A stretch of DNA of 64,000 nt from Schizochytrium sp. TIO01 (lineage: Eukaryota > Protista > Bigyra: Labyrinthulomycetes), in assembly GCA_004764695.1 (NCBI GenBank), contig SMSO01000014.1:3095648-3159647 (forward strand). Direction: 5' to 3'. This document shows, piece after piece, positions 1 through 10,977 of this stretch. How positions within the stretch are numbered: the stretch's first letter is position 1; each line of letters begins with the position of its first letter. The position numbers and the translations under genes are program-made. Under the pieces are notes generated by a model, which saw only the letters and a list, made by a program, of their open reading frames with translations, ran no database searches and was not told the origin of the DNA.

Positions 1-1
1 T

Positions 2-781
2 GATCTACGTGAAAAGGATATGCGTTTTCAGCTTGTGCAGATTAAAAAGCTCAAGAAGGGTTTGCGCGAGCTTGCCCTTGGAGACACCCCTCTTAACATA
101 GGCGACACACCTTGGTCGAGCAATATGCACCATTTCCTTAACAGTAGCGTTAACTTTGATGATGATGAAGGGAATGATAAACAGAGTCCAGCTGTTTCTC
201 CACATCAAAGATCGTCACCAAAACATTCAGTGCAGTCGCCAACTATTTCTAATTCAGGTCGCGAACCAGCATCCCCCAGCACATCTCCAAAGCCTCGACC
301 TGGTCCCCCCGAAGGCCGCAGCCCCCCAATTGAGCGTGGGCCTCGAGTCGCGCGCACCAGTGCATCTGCAGCCAGTGCAATTCCAAGTACAACACAGGAT
401 TCCTCCGAATATGACGTCAAGAAAAGTGAAGACATGACTCAAGAGGAAGAAAATGGCTCTACTGAAGCTGGTGAAACAACCGAAAACGTGAATGCAAATG
501 ATGCTGAAGTAGTCGATGACTATCATGAGGAACCCATAATTGCAAGGAACAAAACAACGGAATCCATCAACGAGCAGCACAACAATCGAGAAAGAATTGA
601 GGATGAAGTTGATCAAACACTTGAAGATGAGGACTACACTGAAGGTGATAACATCGAGGATAATGACTCATCTGCCTCACGAACTAATTCAGGTACAGCA
701 TCAGATATTTCCTCTTCCCAACCAAAGTCTGCATTCGCAAAACCAATGATGAAATCGAAAAAGAAGAAGAAGAAGTTTTAA
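2..781 (+). CDS. 3' part of a gene that starts before the window; possible end of a SAM-like domain, then an acidic/Ser-Pro disordered tail ending in a polybasic KSKKKKKKF
   Basis: Frame is open from position 2 (DLREKDMRFQLVQIKKLKKGLRELA...) to TAA at 781, followed by AT-rich 3' UTR-like sequence. The SAM-like call rests only on the look of the terminal helix. Confidence 0.7.
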   Translation, partial: DLREKDMRFQLVQIKKLKKGLRELALGDTPLNIGDTPWSSNMHHFLNSSVNFDDDEGNDKQSPAVSPHQRSSPKHSVQSPTISNSGREPASPSTSPKPRPGPPEGRSPPIERGPRVARTSASAASAIPSTTQDSSEYDVKKSEDMTQEEENGSTEAGETTENVNANDAEVVDDYHEEPIIARNKTTESINEQHNNRERIEDEVDQTLEDEDYTEGDNIEDNDSSASRTNSGTASDISSSQPKSAFAKPMMKSKKKKKKF

Positions 782-1531
782 AAACCTCCTTGGGTGTTAG
801 AAAGCAGGACAGTAAATCCCTCTCAAATACAATTATTATCTTGTTCTACTATTGCATGCTTGCTTCATATTTGTATAGGTTTTCAATATAGGCCTCTCTC
901 TCTCTCTATATATATATATAATATTATAACTCTTTTAAAGTACTGACTGCACTAACTTAATCCGAGCTGTATTGTTGTCGCACAAAATAACAGTGGAGGT
1001 TTGGTCAAGGTGTAACTTGCAAATACTTTGTATTGATTCATAAAGGGTTGTAAAGGGTTGTCACGGAAATCAAAAACGGCAATTTGGCCAGAAAGTTTTA
1101 TATATACCGACTACCTACGCAAACATATATATATATTCGAAGTTTCGAAAGAAAAGAAACAAGGTTCTGATTTCATGCTTGCTCGTGGTGTCCAAAGGGA
1201 GTTGTTTCTGCAAACTATACCATGGACTTCTTTGAAGTTCAGGACACGGTACATACAGAACACGATGATAGTGTCTTGACATTTCCATTAATTTCCTTGT
1301 TTGTAAATAGTGTGATCCATTGTTTCATCAATCTCTCATTAAGGGAAAACAAATTTCCTTTAAAAGTAGGACTTTCTAAGGATTATTTTTGTTGAACCAG
1401 CTTGTGAAAGCATCACTGAAGAACCGTAATAAGCTTCCCTTATCTAAGTGTCCATGTGATTATTGTCAAAGTTCAAAACTCGATGACAAACAGACATTTA
1501 TTTTGTATTGATAGACAGAGTATTCTTCGAT

Positions 1532-3607
1532 TTATAACCCCTCTAAGCAGGAATCTACCAGCGCCGCCTCAGCCTCATCGTCAAAAGAAAAGTTCAGGTG
1601 CTCGTTCAAGCTTCGCAAATTCGAGGAAGGACTCTTTGAAGGAGTCAAGGAAACTCCATTCATAAATCCTGGCGAGTACACAGGCAGAGGACTCGGTGGT
1701 ACACGAAGTCTGGAAATCGAATGGCGGCCTAATGAAGATGGTGTGCGTGTCTTATCATTTGCTCCCTTCGGGGTCATCAAAAGATGGTGGGCATCAGACA
1801 ACAAGGAACTTGCAGTGTCCGCAGATGCAGCTGATGTTGAGGTCATATTGCCAAGACGAGAACGAAAACGGGATGGAGCATCGTCAGATGAAGATGAAGA
1901 CGCAGCCGGTGTCGATGATGAGCCGCCCAATTCATCGCTATCCAAGTCGGTGCAGAACTCACCGGTAATGTCATTACGGAGACTGGAACCACGCGATACT
2001 ATTGGGGATCCGAAGAGTCGCGCAGGAGACATCATTGAAATAACCGGAGATGCGACGGAGTTGAAAACCGACTTGACAAGACTGTTGATAGAAGAAGATC
2101 CACGTAAGCTCTTGGAGAGACTGAGCGGGGTTCGTAGTGCCGCCGGCGAATCCAGGGGTGAGAAGGAAAACGGGATAGGGCTATTAAGACCAGATGAACC
2201 AAATCCCAGGGTTGAAGAGATCGTTCCCGTTGTTGCCTCGGGGCTGAGAGGCGGTGGTAATGGAGATCGGTGCTGTAGAGTTTCTGGATCAGTTTTAACG
2301 CTGAGTTGCTTTCGTGCGTTGCGACGCGCTGCCGCAGGAGGTGTTGACCGCGATGCAGGGCCTGTACGCTTTGGTGCAGTGGGCTTCTTTACCTTGGTCT
2401 TGGGCTTCAAGCTCTTCCTATTTGTAACATCGGCGAGCTGCTGCTTCTTCGGGCGCCCCACAGACCTCTTGACCTCCTGCTGTACAACCGGGGCACCGTC
2501 ACTGTCAAGAACTTGATTTTCCTTATCCTTACTCGCAGACCGTGCCGACATTGAATTATTAAGTCCAGAAGGTGTTGTGTTAGCGCTAGAGGTTGCTGCG
2601 ACAGCTTTGGCCTTTTGAGCTTCCTGTGCGGCGCGGTGGCGCTCTGCAAGTTTGGCGCGCAGCTTTTCTCGAAACTCTTTTGAGTCATGAATAACCTTGG
2701 TTGCAAGGCCCGTGGGATCTACCACGCCATTATCTCCCGCCCTGGCAAGAAGTTTAACGCCTTCAATGTAATCAGGTGCTTCTTTATCGGCACGCCCTTG
2801 CAGCTCTTGCACAACTTCATTGGCTGCCTCCGCAGTGGTCTTGATGTACTCAGTAAGTTCTGCCAAGCAAGCAGCCCTCCGGGGTCGTTCTTTACGATTT
2901 CTTTTGCGAGGCACACTGGAGTCATTACTTGCGGGTGTCTGACGTTTACGCGAGCTTGTACTATGGCTAGCTACGGGGGTGTTCAGATCTGTGGATTTCA
3001 GAGGAGTAACATCATCCTTGTTGCCGAAGGCGTTCCCCTTGCGCGTGCACATAGATCCAGGAGTGGGAGCTTCCAAGTCAAGCTCCATTGCTGCTGCTGC
3101 AATTGCAGTTGTAGTTTCATCGGGGCTAATGCTAGCTACAGGCTTCTTACGCTTGTGCTTGGTTTGTGGTGTTGCCAAAGGTGCAGAGATTGGGAGACCA
3201 TCGAGGACTTCTTTGTTTAGTCTCCTTACATTCCTACGCATCATAGAGTACCAGTGATTCTTGATAGCGTTGTCTGTACGACCTGGAAGGAGTTTAGAGA
3301 TCTCTGACCAGCGGTTCCCTAGCCTCTGATGTGCCTTGGCCATGATGGCCTCTTCTTCTTGTGTCCATGGATCTTTGCGAATGGTGGGGTCAAGGTGGTT
3401 GTGCCAACGCTCGCGGCATTGCTTGCCAGTTCTTCCCTCAATTCGGTAATCTGAAATTAGCCTTGTTGCAATTGTGGACCATCGCTTTGTTCCGTGTTCC
3501 TTTACTAGCGTGCGGATGGCATCGTCCTCGCGTTGACTCCACGCACGCCGATCACTGCCGGCTGAGCCAGGCGTGCCTTTCTTCACTGAGCTTTCTGGTG
3601 TGCTCAT
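1532..3607 (-). CDS. R2R3-type MYB transcription factor (c-Myb/B-Myb-like DNA-binding domain) with a long SP/TP-rich C-terminus
   Basis: Two Myb repeats: [26 protein letters not shown]...[17 protein letters not shown] and [42 protein letters not shown]; 691-aa intronless ORF. Confidence 0.95.
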   Translation of the reverse strand: MSTPESSVKKGTPGSAGSDRRAWSQREDDAIRTLVKEHGTKRWSTIATRLISDYRIEGRTGKQCRERWHNHLDPTIRKDPWTQEEEAIMAKAHQRLGNRWSEISKLLPGRTDNAIKNHWYSMMRRNVRRLNKEVLDGLPISAPLATPQTKHKRKKPVASISPDETTTAIAAAAMELDLEAPTPGSMCTRKGNAFGNKDDVTPLKSTDLNTPVASHSTSSRKRQTPASNDSSVPRKRNRKERPRRAACLAELTEYIKTTAEAANEVVQELQGRADKEAPDYIEGVKLLARAGDNGVVDPTGLATKVIHDSKEFREKLRAKLAERHRAAQEAQKAKAVAATSSANTTPSGLNNSMSARSASKDKENQVLDSDGAPVVQQEVKRSVGRPKKQQLADVTNRKSLKPKTKVKKPTAPKRTGPASRSTPPAAARRNARKQLSVKTDPETLQHRSPLPPPLSPEATTGTISSTLGFGSSGLNSPIPFSFSPLDSPAALRTPLSLSKSLRGSSSINSLVKSVFNSVASPVISMMSPARLFGSPIVSRGSSLRNDITGEFCTDLDSDELGGSSSTPAASSSSSDDAPSRFRSRLGNMTSTSAASADTASSLLSDAHHLLMTPKGANDKTRTPSSLGRHSISRLRVPPSPLPVYSPGFMNGVSLTPSKSPSSNLRSLNEHLNFSFDDEAEAALVDSCLEGL

Positions 3608-5199
3608 TTTGCAGTTTGATTGCTTTTTCTTTTAGTATAGTATGAATAAATGAGTAAATCAATGTCTTTATAGCGCAGTCAGAATCACTGGTGAACCAGA
3701 CTATCTCACTCCAACCGTTCTCAGGACCTAGTCAGATGAAGCCAGCAAGTAGACTCTTATTCTTTTACCAACTAGCCTTCTTTCCAGTATCTTCCACCTT
3801 CACTTGCAATCTCTGTTTGTCTGTCGAGGTGTTGAATTGAATGCACGAGTATGATCTTTGATCTCTGCTATCAAGTTGAAGAAGCAAATCCAAGTAAATC
3901 AGAGTACACTAAGTACGACTAGGCAAGAGTAGGTCAGCAGCCAATTAGGCCCTCCTCTAGGACCTCTTACCGAAAACTACTGCGGTCCCCAAGGGAAAAA
4001 ACCAGCCACACCACACACCTGCCTAGAGGATTTTCTGAACAGCCAAGCTCTTCACGCAACTTTGTTGAAGCTCCTCTATGCAAGCCTTATCAGCTCTCGT
4101 CAGGAGACTTTGTTGATCTGCAGAGCGGCCGATTACTTCCCAATGGTTCTCAGTAGGTTTACTTTTCTTCAATTTACTTGCTTGGCGCTCTTGGCAACCT
4201 TAGCAATACCTATATGGGTCCTACCGAGGATTGCAGAACACTGGTCTCGCTCCACGCTCCTCGAAGAGAACAAGCGCAGGCTGGCGAGTCAGAGCACGTC
4301 TCCCTGCGTAGCCAGGGCTCTTCTCCGCCCAAAGCTGCTCGCCTGCCAGTGCCAGAGTCGCCTTTCTCCGCAGCGAAAGCGCTATCTGAAGGCGTTTCGT
4401 CTGTGGCAGATGGCACGATCGGATGGCTTCGATGGAATCGCCAATGTCGATGAGTCGAGCGAATGGTCGCGCTCTTGGGCCTGCTTCTTCAGGTCCACGG
4501 CGGTCAGCGCAAACGATATTTAGACTCTAGGTGCGCTCGTATGGAACGCCTGTAAACGCAGGTCCCGGTTGTCTGCAGAATCAGCTGAGGTCGGGCAGGG
4601 AGGAAGGAAGGATGGATAGATAGATGAGTGAATGAATGAACGAATGAATGGGATCGAGGATGAATCCAAGTCTTAGTTTCCGCCTTTTCTGCCTTTTTAA
4701 TCGATTTCGTCCAAAGGGCCGCTCGCTGGCTCGATTCCGGCACCTGGCTGAGCCTAGAAGGCGGGGGGGGGGCAGGCGGAAGAGGAGGAGGAAGCGGAGG
4801 GCGCCGAGGGAAGCGCGGGAACGCAGAACAGGCGAGGGAATGGAGGTCTGGGTGGGGCGCCGAGGTGCCTCCGGCAAAAATCGAAGGTTTCCCACTGGCA
4901 TGAATTTTGCGGTCTCTCCCTCTTACCACCTGCTCTTCTCGGTAAGCTTGGTCCACTACGAAAACATCCCCCTCACAATGATGCTAACCTAACTGGGAAG
5001 TGCCCTCAGAACCTTCACTGGATATCGGATCTTGAAAGTTTTTGAAATTTGCAAGGGACGATTATTCCCTATGAGAGGACGAACGTTGCCTGTTGAGGAG
5101 GTAGGAATTTTCGGGTGTCTCACAATAGGTAGTGTCGGTTAAGTTTATTTTGTGAGGGAGAAAAAAATACATCTCCAGTGTGATAGGAGGACAAAATAC

Positions 5200-6300
5200 T
5201 TCAGGGAAAAATATAATACACCCACCTCTCCACTGGGGTCACACTGAAGACTATTTTAAAACAGACTGGGTTGTGCAGTCTGGCAGACCACATATCCTGC
5301 ACTTCCACGGAACTTCTTCTCCAGATAAATATCCCTCAATAATATTTCTATAGTCTATAGTATCCTTCGGATGCTCTATAGTACGGTGAAAGATATATTC
5401 CATATTATGCCTGGACCCCGATAACACGAGCAATTGTGGTTTAGGTCACTTTGCGGGGCGTATTTTCTATAGTAGAGGTCTCTTTGCAAGAGAAGTATTC
5501 CATGTAATGTCCATAGTGCAAAGGGGACATAAAAATACGGTTGCTGACTGAGAATGATTGAGGGAAATGAATGAATACATTGAACGGATTGCAAGTCTGG
5601 GCAGGTTAAGACACCTGCTCCTGCAGCGATTTATGCAAGACTGCTCGGCACCAGTGACGCATGGAACCCTCCATTCAAGATGATGACTCAAATCGTATTG
5701 GTTTAGAAGACCAGTGAAAAATATAGGTACGAGGTATTGGTGGTAGGTAGGCTACACATGCTGACCAACAGAATATCACAGGGAATGGGACTTCACTTAG
5801 CTAGCTTTTCAAGACACAGGCTGTCTTCAGCCTGAGGGACTGGTTCTAAGGTTCTGTGGACCTGGATATTTGCAAATAAAGTGAAGCGTAGTAGGTACCT
5901 AGATATCTACAAACACAAGGTCTCGTTGTGAAGGATTTCAGAGGTGCAGGAGGCAGGCCTCCAGTGGTGAGTTGGAAGATATTAATCTCAAGTCAACTCA
6001 CACCACTAAAAAATTAAAATACGCCACCGACTGGAGCTGACCTTACCATATTTTTGGACATCTGGGGAAAACCTGAACACTTGGTTGTCATAGTTGATTT
6101 TTATTTGCTTGCCTGATACAGCTCGGGCAGTTGGTTAAGATATGCACGTATGGATTTGCTAGCAAGCTTAAGCTGCAAGAAGCCCAGAGATCACATCAGC
6201 AGACCTTGCCAGAATTTCCATGATGAAGGGGAATGAATTGATGGAGGTAGGAAAACAACCGTCTTTTTTAAACTCTTACCATTTCGATTAGGTATTTTTG
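5200..6300 (+). mobile_element. Decayed 3' remnant of an RLE-type (CRE/R2-like) non-LTR retrotransposon
   Basis: Broken plus-strand peptides in the expected order: YARLLGTSDAW (~5633-5665), KHKVSL*RISEVQEAGL (~5911-5961), GADLTIFLDIWGKPEHLVVIVDF (~6033-6101), LARISMMKGN (~6205-6234). Many stops and frameshifts; boundaries are approximate. Confidence 0.4.
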
Positions 6301-7104
6301 GATGTGTTGAATTTTCATATTGTGTGTAGTACTAGGTCTATAAAATCTGCAGCAGAGACACAAACTTCCCAACATAACACGAAGTATGAAGCATGGCCAA
6401 CTCTTTGAGAATAATAGTAGCAGCCCTACGACCACTTATTGTAAAAGCTTACGTTGGAGAAGCTCTAGACCATATGCTTTATTTTTTTCGTACTGAGCTA
6501 TGAAACTTGATATCAATAAGTAAGGTTTTGATCTTCAGTTTTTGACAAGGCGCCGACAATACCTTTAAAAGCCCCATCAGATCTTATCCGATGTATCTGG
6601 TTTATATTGATAGCTAGACTTAAGCGCTTGAAGTCTAAATATGTCCTGCTTCATCCATGCGAAAGTAGATTATTTAAACACATTCTTGTTTAATGTTTTG
6701 CTGTCAGGAACTCAGAGTTCCACTTATGAATATTATTGTAAATAGCAACAGTGTTGTTTCTGTGTAAATTTCATGCATAACAAACCTAATGAGAAGTAAA
6801 AACTGCTATATTTGTAAAATCAAGAATCAAACAATGGACGAAATATTGACTATTGTGCATTGACTACACATATGAATTTCACAGCACTTTGCTTTACATA
6901 TTCAAATTTTCTGGATATCAAGCAGCCAAGAAGGTAAAAATAGAACCACTTTCTTTTAGGTCATTCATTATCTACTGTATCATGGGTGCAGCATTTCATT
7001 TGATTTTTTCAATTGCTTTTTAGTGGCACTTAATGTAAGCCGAAGCAAGCAAAAGAAAGCAGAACACAGCAAAACTTGATATTAGGCAGATATTTTGCAA
7101 GACC

Positions 7105-8121
7105 ATGGCACGTAGACCGCAGTTCCTGCCTGGCAAAGGCGCACTGAGTCGATGGAACTTATCTGAGGTTCTTGCTGCTCACGCCCCAGAAGACTTAGTG
7201 GCAGTCAAGCGCAGTACGAACCGATGGTTTATGTACAATGAGACGGGCAATGAAAACCTGCTCACGGACGCTTCGGACAACGTGGAACAACGACGATGGG
7301 GAGAGGTTGTGGACATTGTTCTTGAAAAAAAATCCGAAACTCCCAAGGGCGAGTATTCCTACTATACTGGCCCTGTACCAGGCCCACCGAGCAAGGCCTC
7401 TGCAGTATGGATTTCTAGTGCCAACAGTGGCACTAGGGCGCATTACGATGCCTTTGACAATGAGTTTTACCAACTTGAAGGGCGAAAGAGAATCCGTATT
7501 CACGCTCCCCTTGCCCACTTTGCTATGCATGTATATCCCGATGCTCACCCAAGAGCTCGTAAGTCTCAGGTAAATAGCGATTGTCCCGATCTGGAACGAT
7601 TTCCACTCTATTCGTCGATTGGAGAACCTGTGCTTGATGTAGAGCTTGGTCCTGGTGATAGTATCACAATTCCAGCATTTTGGTTCCATGAAATTGAGTC
7701 ACTGACACCGTCAGTCTCGGTCAATTCTTTTGCGATGAGTCCCGTCACAGCAGCAGCCAGCCGCGTCTTCGCAAACCCGTTGGTGCTAGACCGAGATTTT
7801 GTCCACGACGTTATTACCACATGTACTGGCATTGGCGCCAATGAATTCCTATCTCGTCTCATCTCTTCTCGCTACACGCCTCTTTATGGAGAGGTAGATC
7901 CGTCCACATTACCTACACCGGCTAGTTTACCAACTCCAGTTGCAAAAGCCTCTGTACAGACCTCCTTCGCAAGTCTTAAGGCAATGAGCGGAGGAGTTCA
8001 GGGCGATATGGATACGCAAGGTGTTTCTGAAATTGTTATGGCACACCTTCTAGAACTCAGTTGTGTCCGTGCAGGAGCCCCGGGTAAGGTTCACGCAACT
8101 CTCGCTGGGCTTCTTGCGTGA
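7105..8121 (+). CDS. JmjC-domain (cupin-like) 2-oxoglutarate/Fe(II) hydroxylase, HSPBAP1/FIH/JMJD5-like
   Basis: VWISSANSGTRAHYDAFDN (HxD), QLEGRKRIRI, KSQVN, ELGPGDSITIPAFWFHEIESL (distal His), SVSVNSF. Confidence 0.9.
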   Translation: MARRPQFLPGKGALSRWNLSEVLAAHAPEDLVAVKRSTNRWFMYNETGNENLLTDASDNVEQRRWGEVVDIVLEKKSETPKGEYSYYTGPVPGPPSKASAVWISSANSGTRAHYDAFDNEFYQLEGRKRIRIHAPLAHFAMHVYPDAHPRARKSQVNSDCPDLERFPLYSSIGEPVLDVELGPGDSITIPAFWFHEIESLTPSVSVNSFAMSPVTAAASRVFANPLVLDRDFVHDVITTCTGIGANEFLSRLISSRYTPLYGEVDPSTLPTPASLPTPVAKASVQTSFASLKAMSGGVQGDMDTQGVSEIVMAHLLELSCVRAGAPGKVHATLAGLLA

Positions 8122-8610
8122 AGATCTGTTGTCATATGTAATCCTATAGATGTAAGCGCTTCAAAGCTCGTCGTTTCTTTCTTGTTATTCTTTTTTATCA
8201 AAAAACTGCTAGAAACTTTCTATATAATCTTGATTTTTTAACCCTTATATCGAGCTTTCAAGATAGATTTATTTGTTTATTTAATGAAAAGACTTTTTTG
8301 TTGTTGTTGAACTGTATTGTCTTTCTGATGCAGAAACTTCTAATATACCAAATTAGAGTAAGTTGCTGACCCTTTTTTTTTTAATGGCAACCAAGAATAA
8401 TAATCCAATGTGAAATTGAGTTCTGTTTTTCATATAATGCCCACGTGGAATCATTCTGACTATTTCCATCCTATCCAATTGCAAATAAAATAAACATAAA
8501 AATCAGTGAAGACTTAAGCTCGCGTATTATTTTTTGCACCCAGTAGATCATGCGAGTGCTAACTTTTTTATGGGAGGCATCTACAAGAAAATCGTGACGG
8601 AACTGTCAAA

Positions 8611-10977
8611 TCAAGTGGTCGCTTCTCGACAAATGTTATCCGCAAATTCACATACGCATGGAGTGCCTTGAAGGGTTTCATCGAGACACCGCATCTTACG
8701 CCACTTTCGTGAGCCTGTACCTTGACGTTCTTCACAAGTGGCATCGCATTTAGTTGTTGGTGATTTTGTCGGGAAATTCGTAGGCTGGGGAGTTGGCTTT
8801 GGCGTCTTCGGTGCCTTGGTTGGCCGGGGTGTGGTCGGTTCCTTAGTGGGTTTCGGGGTTGGAGTCTTCGTAGGTTTGGGTGTTTTAGGAGCCTTAGTGG
8901 GGCGAGGAGTAGTTGGGAATTTGGTTGGAAAACTTGTTGGAACTGGCGCTGGAGTGGGAGCGGTTGGCTGATTAGTTGGAAAGAAAGTTGGTTGCGGAGT
9001 TGTTGGATATGGAGTTGGTTGAGCGGTTGGTACCTTGGTCCGAATTTGTCCACTCTCAATCACGGAACGAGTTGATCCCAATGGAGCAGTCGTTGCAACA
9101 CACTCACCTGCAACGCACCACCCTTCTGTATCAGAGCTACGCATGCATTTGGAGCCATTGTCAACTTCACCAATGTATGTCTTTGCATTTTTCCGATAAT
9201 AATCTGCACGGCATTGGCCACCGGAAGGTTTGCACTCTTGCATGCAGCCTCCGCCCTCCACTCCGCAGATACTCATACCATATGCAGCGCAAGTATCAAG
9301 ACATCGCCCAAAATTGCACCGCCCCTCAGTACCCTCAGCCGTTGTGCACGGAGTAGTCACGGACTCCAGAACCCCAGTAGCACTGCTACAACACTCTGGA
9401 CTTGAGAAACTACCACCCTCAATCAAAGGGTTGCCATCAGCTAGAGAGTTTTTGGGGTGCATGGAAAATGTAGATACAGAGCACTCTTGGGATGTGTGGG
9501 TGAGCTTACACTCTACACATCCAGTACAGCTCGTTGATCCATCCGCACATTCACATTCCTCTTCAGGTAGCAAAAAGCGGTCACCACAAGCCAAATCACC
9601 CGTCGCATTGCGCCAGTAAGGGCACTTTGGAATTCGGGACTCGTATGCATTCGTCAGGCGAAAGCAGCTCTTGTCACGAGTAAGGATCGAATAAGCATAG
9701 CGGTTCGTCCCACGAATTTTACCACCTCCATAATCCATTAAGCCACCCGTTTCCTTTTGCCCATTCTGAAAAGTATGATCCATACCTCCTACAGCATGCC
9801 CAATTTCATGAGCCATAGTTCTCCAAGACATGGATGCTGTTTGGCAAGCGCTGCCACCTTTAGATGGATCTCTACACACACTTCCTGTAGCTGCAAAGCC
9901 ATGTCCATCAGAAGGACAGCCATGAACAAAGACCCAAGTTGCTGCGTTCTCTTCAACAGTGACTGAGCGGGCAAACGCAAACATTGTCTCACGAATCAAC
10001 TTGTAAGGGAATGGGCATGTTTCTTGCTCAACAGAGAAGTGAAACACCTCATGCCAGTCACTTGGAACAGTACTACCTGCGAACATTTCGCGACGGATCC
10101 GAAAGTTTATGTTCAGTTGAGCTTCAAAAATTAGGCTGGTCCTGGCAATATAGGACTCAAATTTCGATTGCACAGTCGTGAGGCTCTTTTTCTCATTTTC
10201 CCAAGTTGCACGGGTAGCTGCAAGGCCAAGGTCAATGGTTTGACGTCTTGTATCAAAAGGGTAGCAGAATGGGAAAAAGGCTAATTCATCCCGATATGGG
10301 TCAACGTTGATATCGCGAAGCGTGAAGGGAGTGTTAGAGACAGACGAGGTATCAAGCTTCCTTGGCCGATCAACTTCTGGATCAATTTCTTCATCACTCT
10401 CACCGTTATTAATAGGTGGCTCCATGAAGTCATGCACAAGACCAAAATATGCATCCTCCTCGGGTTCGATGTCTCCCTGAAGCCTTCTGAAGGTTGCATC
10501 ACCCATATCATGGCGAACTTCACTATGGTGCATGAACTCTAGAACAGGCTCGCCATATTTGTGATATGCTATACTAACGCGTGTTTCGTGTAGGGGATCC
10601 TTTGTAACGACAAGCCAGTGATGGGCCTCCTTGGCATGGAACGAAAACAAGGCGTCGGTAGAGTTGATCATCGACAAACTGCCATCGCTGGTCTCAACCT
10701 TTGCATCTGGAGTATATATACCGCGAACTCGGTGTACTAACTGCTCGATTTGCAATTCTTGACCTTGCTGATTGATCCATCGAACCTGAACAGTACCATG
10801 ATGATGGCTGTGCTGCTCAAAATTTACATGCTTTACTGTTAAAAGCTCTCTGTGCCATGGTTGTACTGTTGGCTCCTCGGGACCGTTCAAACCTGCTAAG
10901 CGAGCATTCCCAGAATGAATACTGAGACTCACCGAGAGGCAAATTGCCAAGGCCCGGCTGATGAAGTTTATTCCCAT
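8611..10977 (-). CDS. Secreted reprolysin/ADAM-like (M12B) zinc metalloprotease with disintegrin-like Cys-rich region and Pro/Thr mucin-like stalk
   Basis: Signal peptide from ATG 10977 (MGINFISRALAICLSVSLSIHSGNA), zinc motif HEIGHAVGGMDH, Met-turn GGLMDY, CGDRFLLPEEECECADG resembling a disintegrin start, PT repeats, no transmembrane anchor seen. Confidence 0.85.
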   Translation of the reverse strand: MGINFISRALAICLSVSLSIHSGNARLAGLNGPEEPTVQPWHRELLTVKHVNFEQHSHHHGTVQVRWINQQGQELQIEQLVHRVRGIYTPDAKVETSDGSLSMINSTDALFSFHAKEAHHWLVVTKDPLHETRVSIAYHKYGEPVLEFMHHSEVRHDMGDATFRRLQGDIEPEEDAYFGLVHDFMEPPINNGESDEEIDPEVDRPRKLDTSSVSNTPFTLRDINVDPYRDELAFFPFCYPFDTRRQTIDLGLAATRATWENEKKSLTTVQSKFESYIARTSLIFEAQLNINFRIRREMFAGSTVPSDWHEVFHFSVEQETCPFPYKLIRETMFAFARSVTVEENAATWVFVHGCPSDGHGFAATGSVCRDPSKGGSACQTASMSWRTMAHEIGHAVGGMDHTFQNGQKETGGLMDYGGGKIRGTNRYAYSILTRDKSCFRLTNAYESRIPKCPYWRNATGDLACGDRFLLPEEECECADGSTSCTGCVECKLTHTSQECSVSTFSMHPKNSLADGNPLIEGGSFSSPECCSSATGVLESVTTPCTTAEGTEGRCNFGRCLDTCAAYGMSICGVEGGGCMQECKPSGGQCRADYYRKNAKTYIGEVDNGSKCMRSSDTEGWCVAGECVATTAPLGSTRSVIESGQIRTKVPTAQPTPYPTTPQPTFFPTNQPTAPTPAPVPTSFPTKFPTTPRPTKAPKTPKPTKTPTPKPTKEPTTPRPTKAPKTPKPTPQPTNFPTKSPTTKCDATCEERQGTGSRKWRKMRCLDETLQGTPCVCEFADNICREATT
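8750..9045 (-). repeat. Coding Pro/Thr repeat (PTxxPT; TPRPTKAPKTPKPT twice) within the metalloprotease
   Basis: Translation VPTAQPTPYPTTPQPTFFPTNQPTAPTPAPVPTSFPTKFPTTPRPTKAPKTPKPT... Confidence 0.9.

Noticed and set aside
4062-4992. Cluster of 100-150 aa ORFs upstream of the MYB gene
   Set aside because: GC-rich promoter/5' UTR-like sequence with simple repeats, mostly non-ATG starts and no domain motifs.
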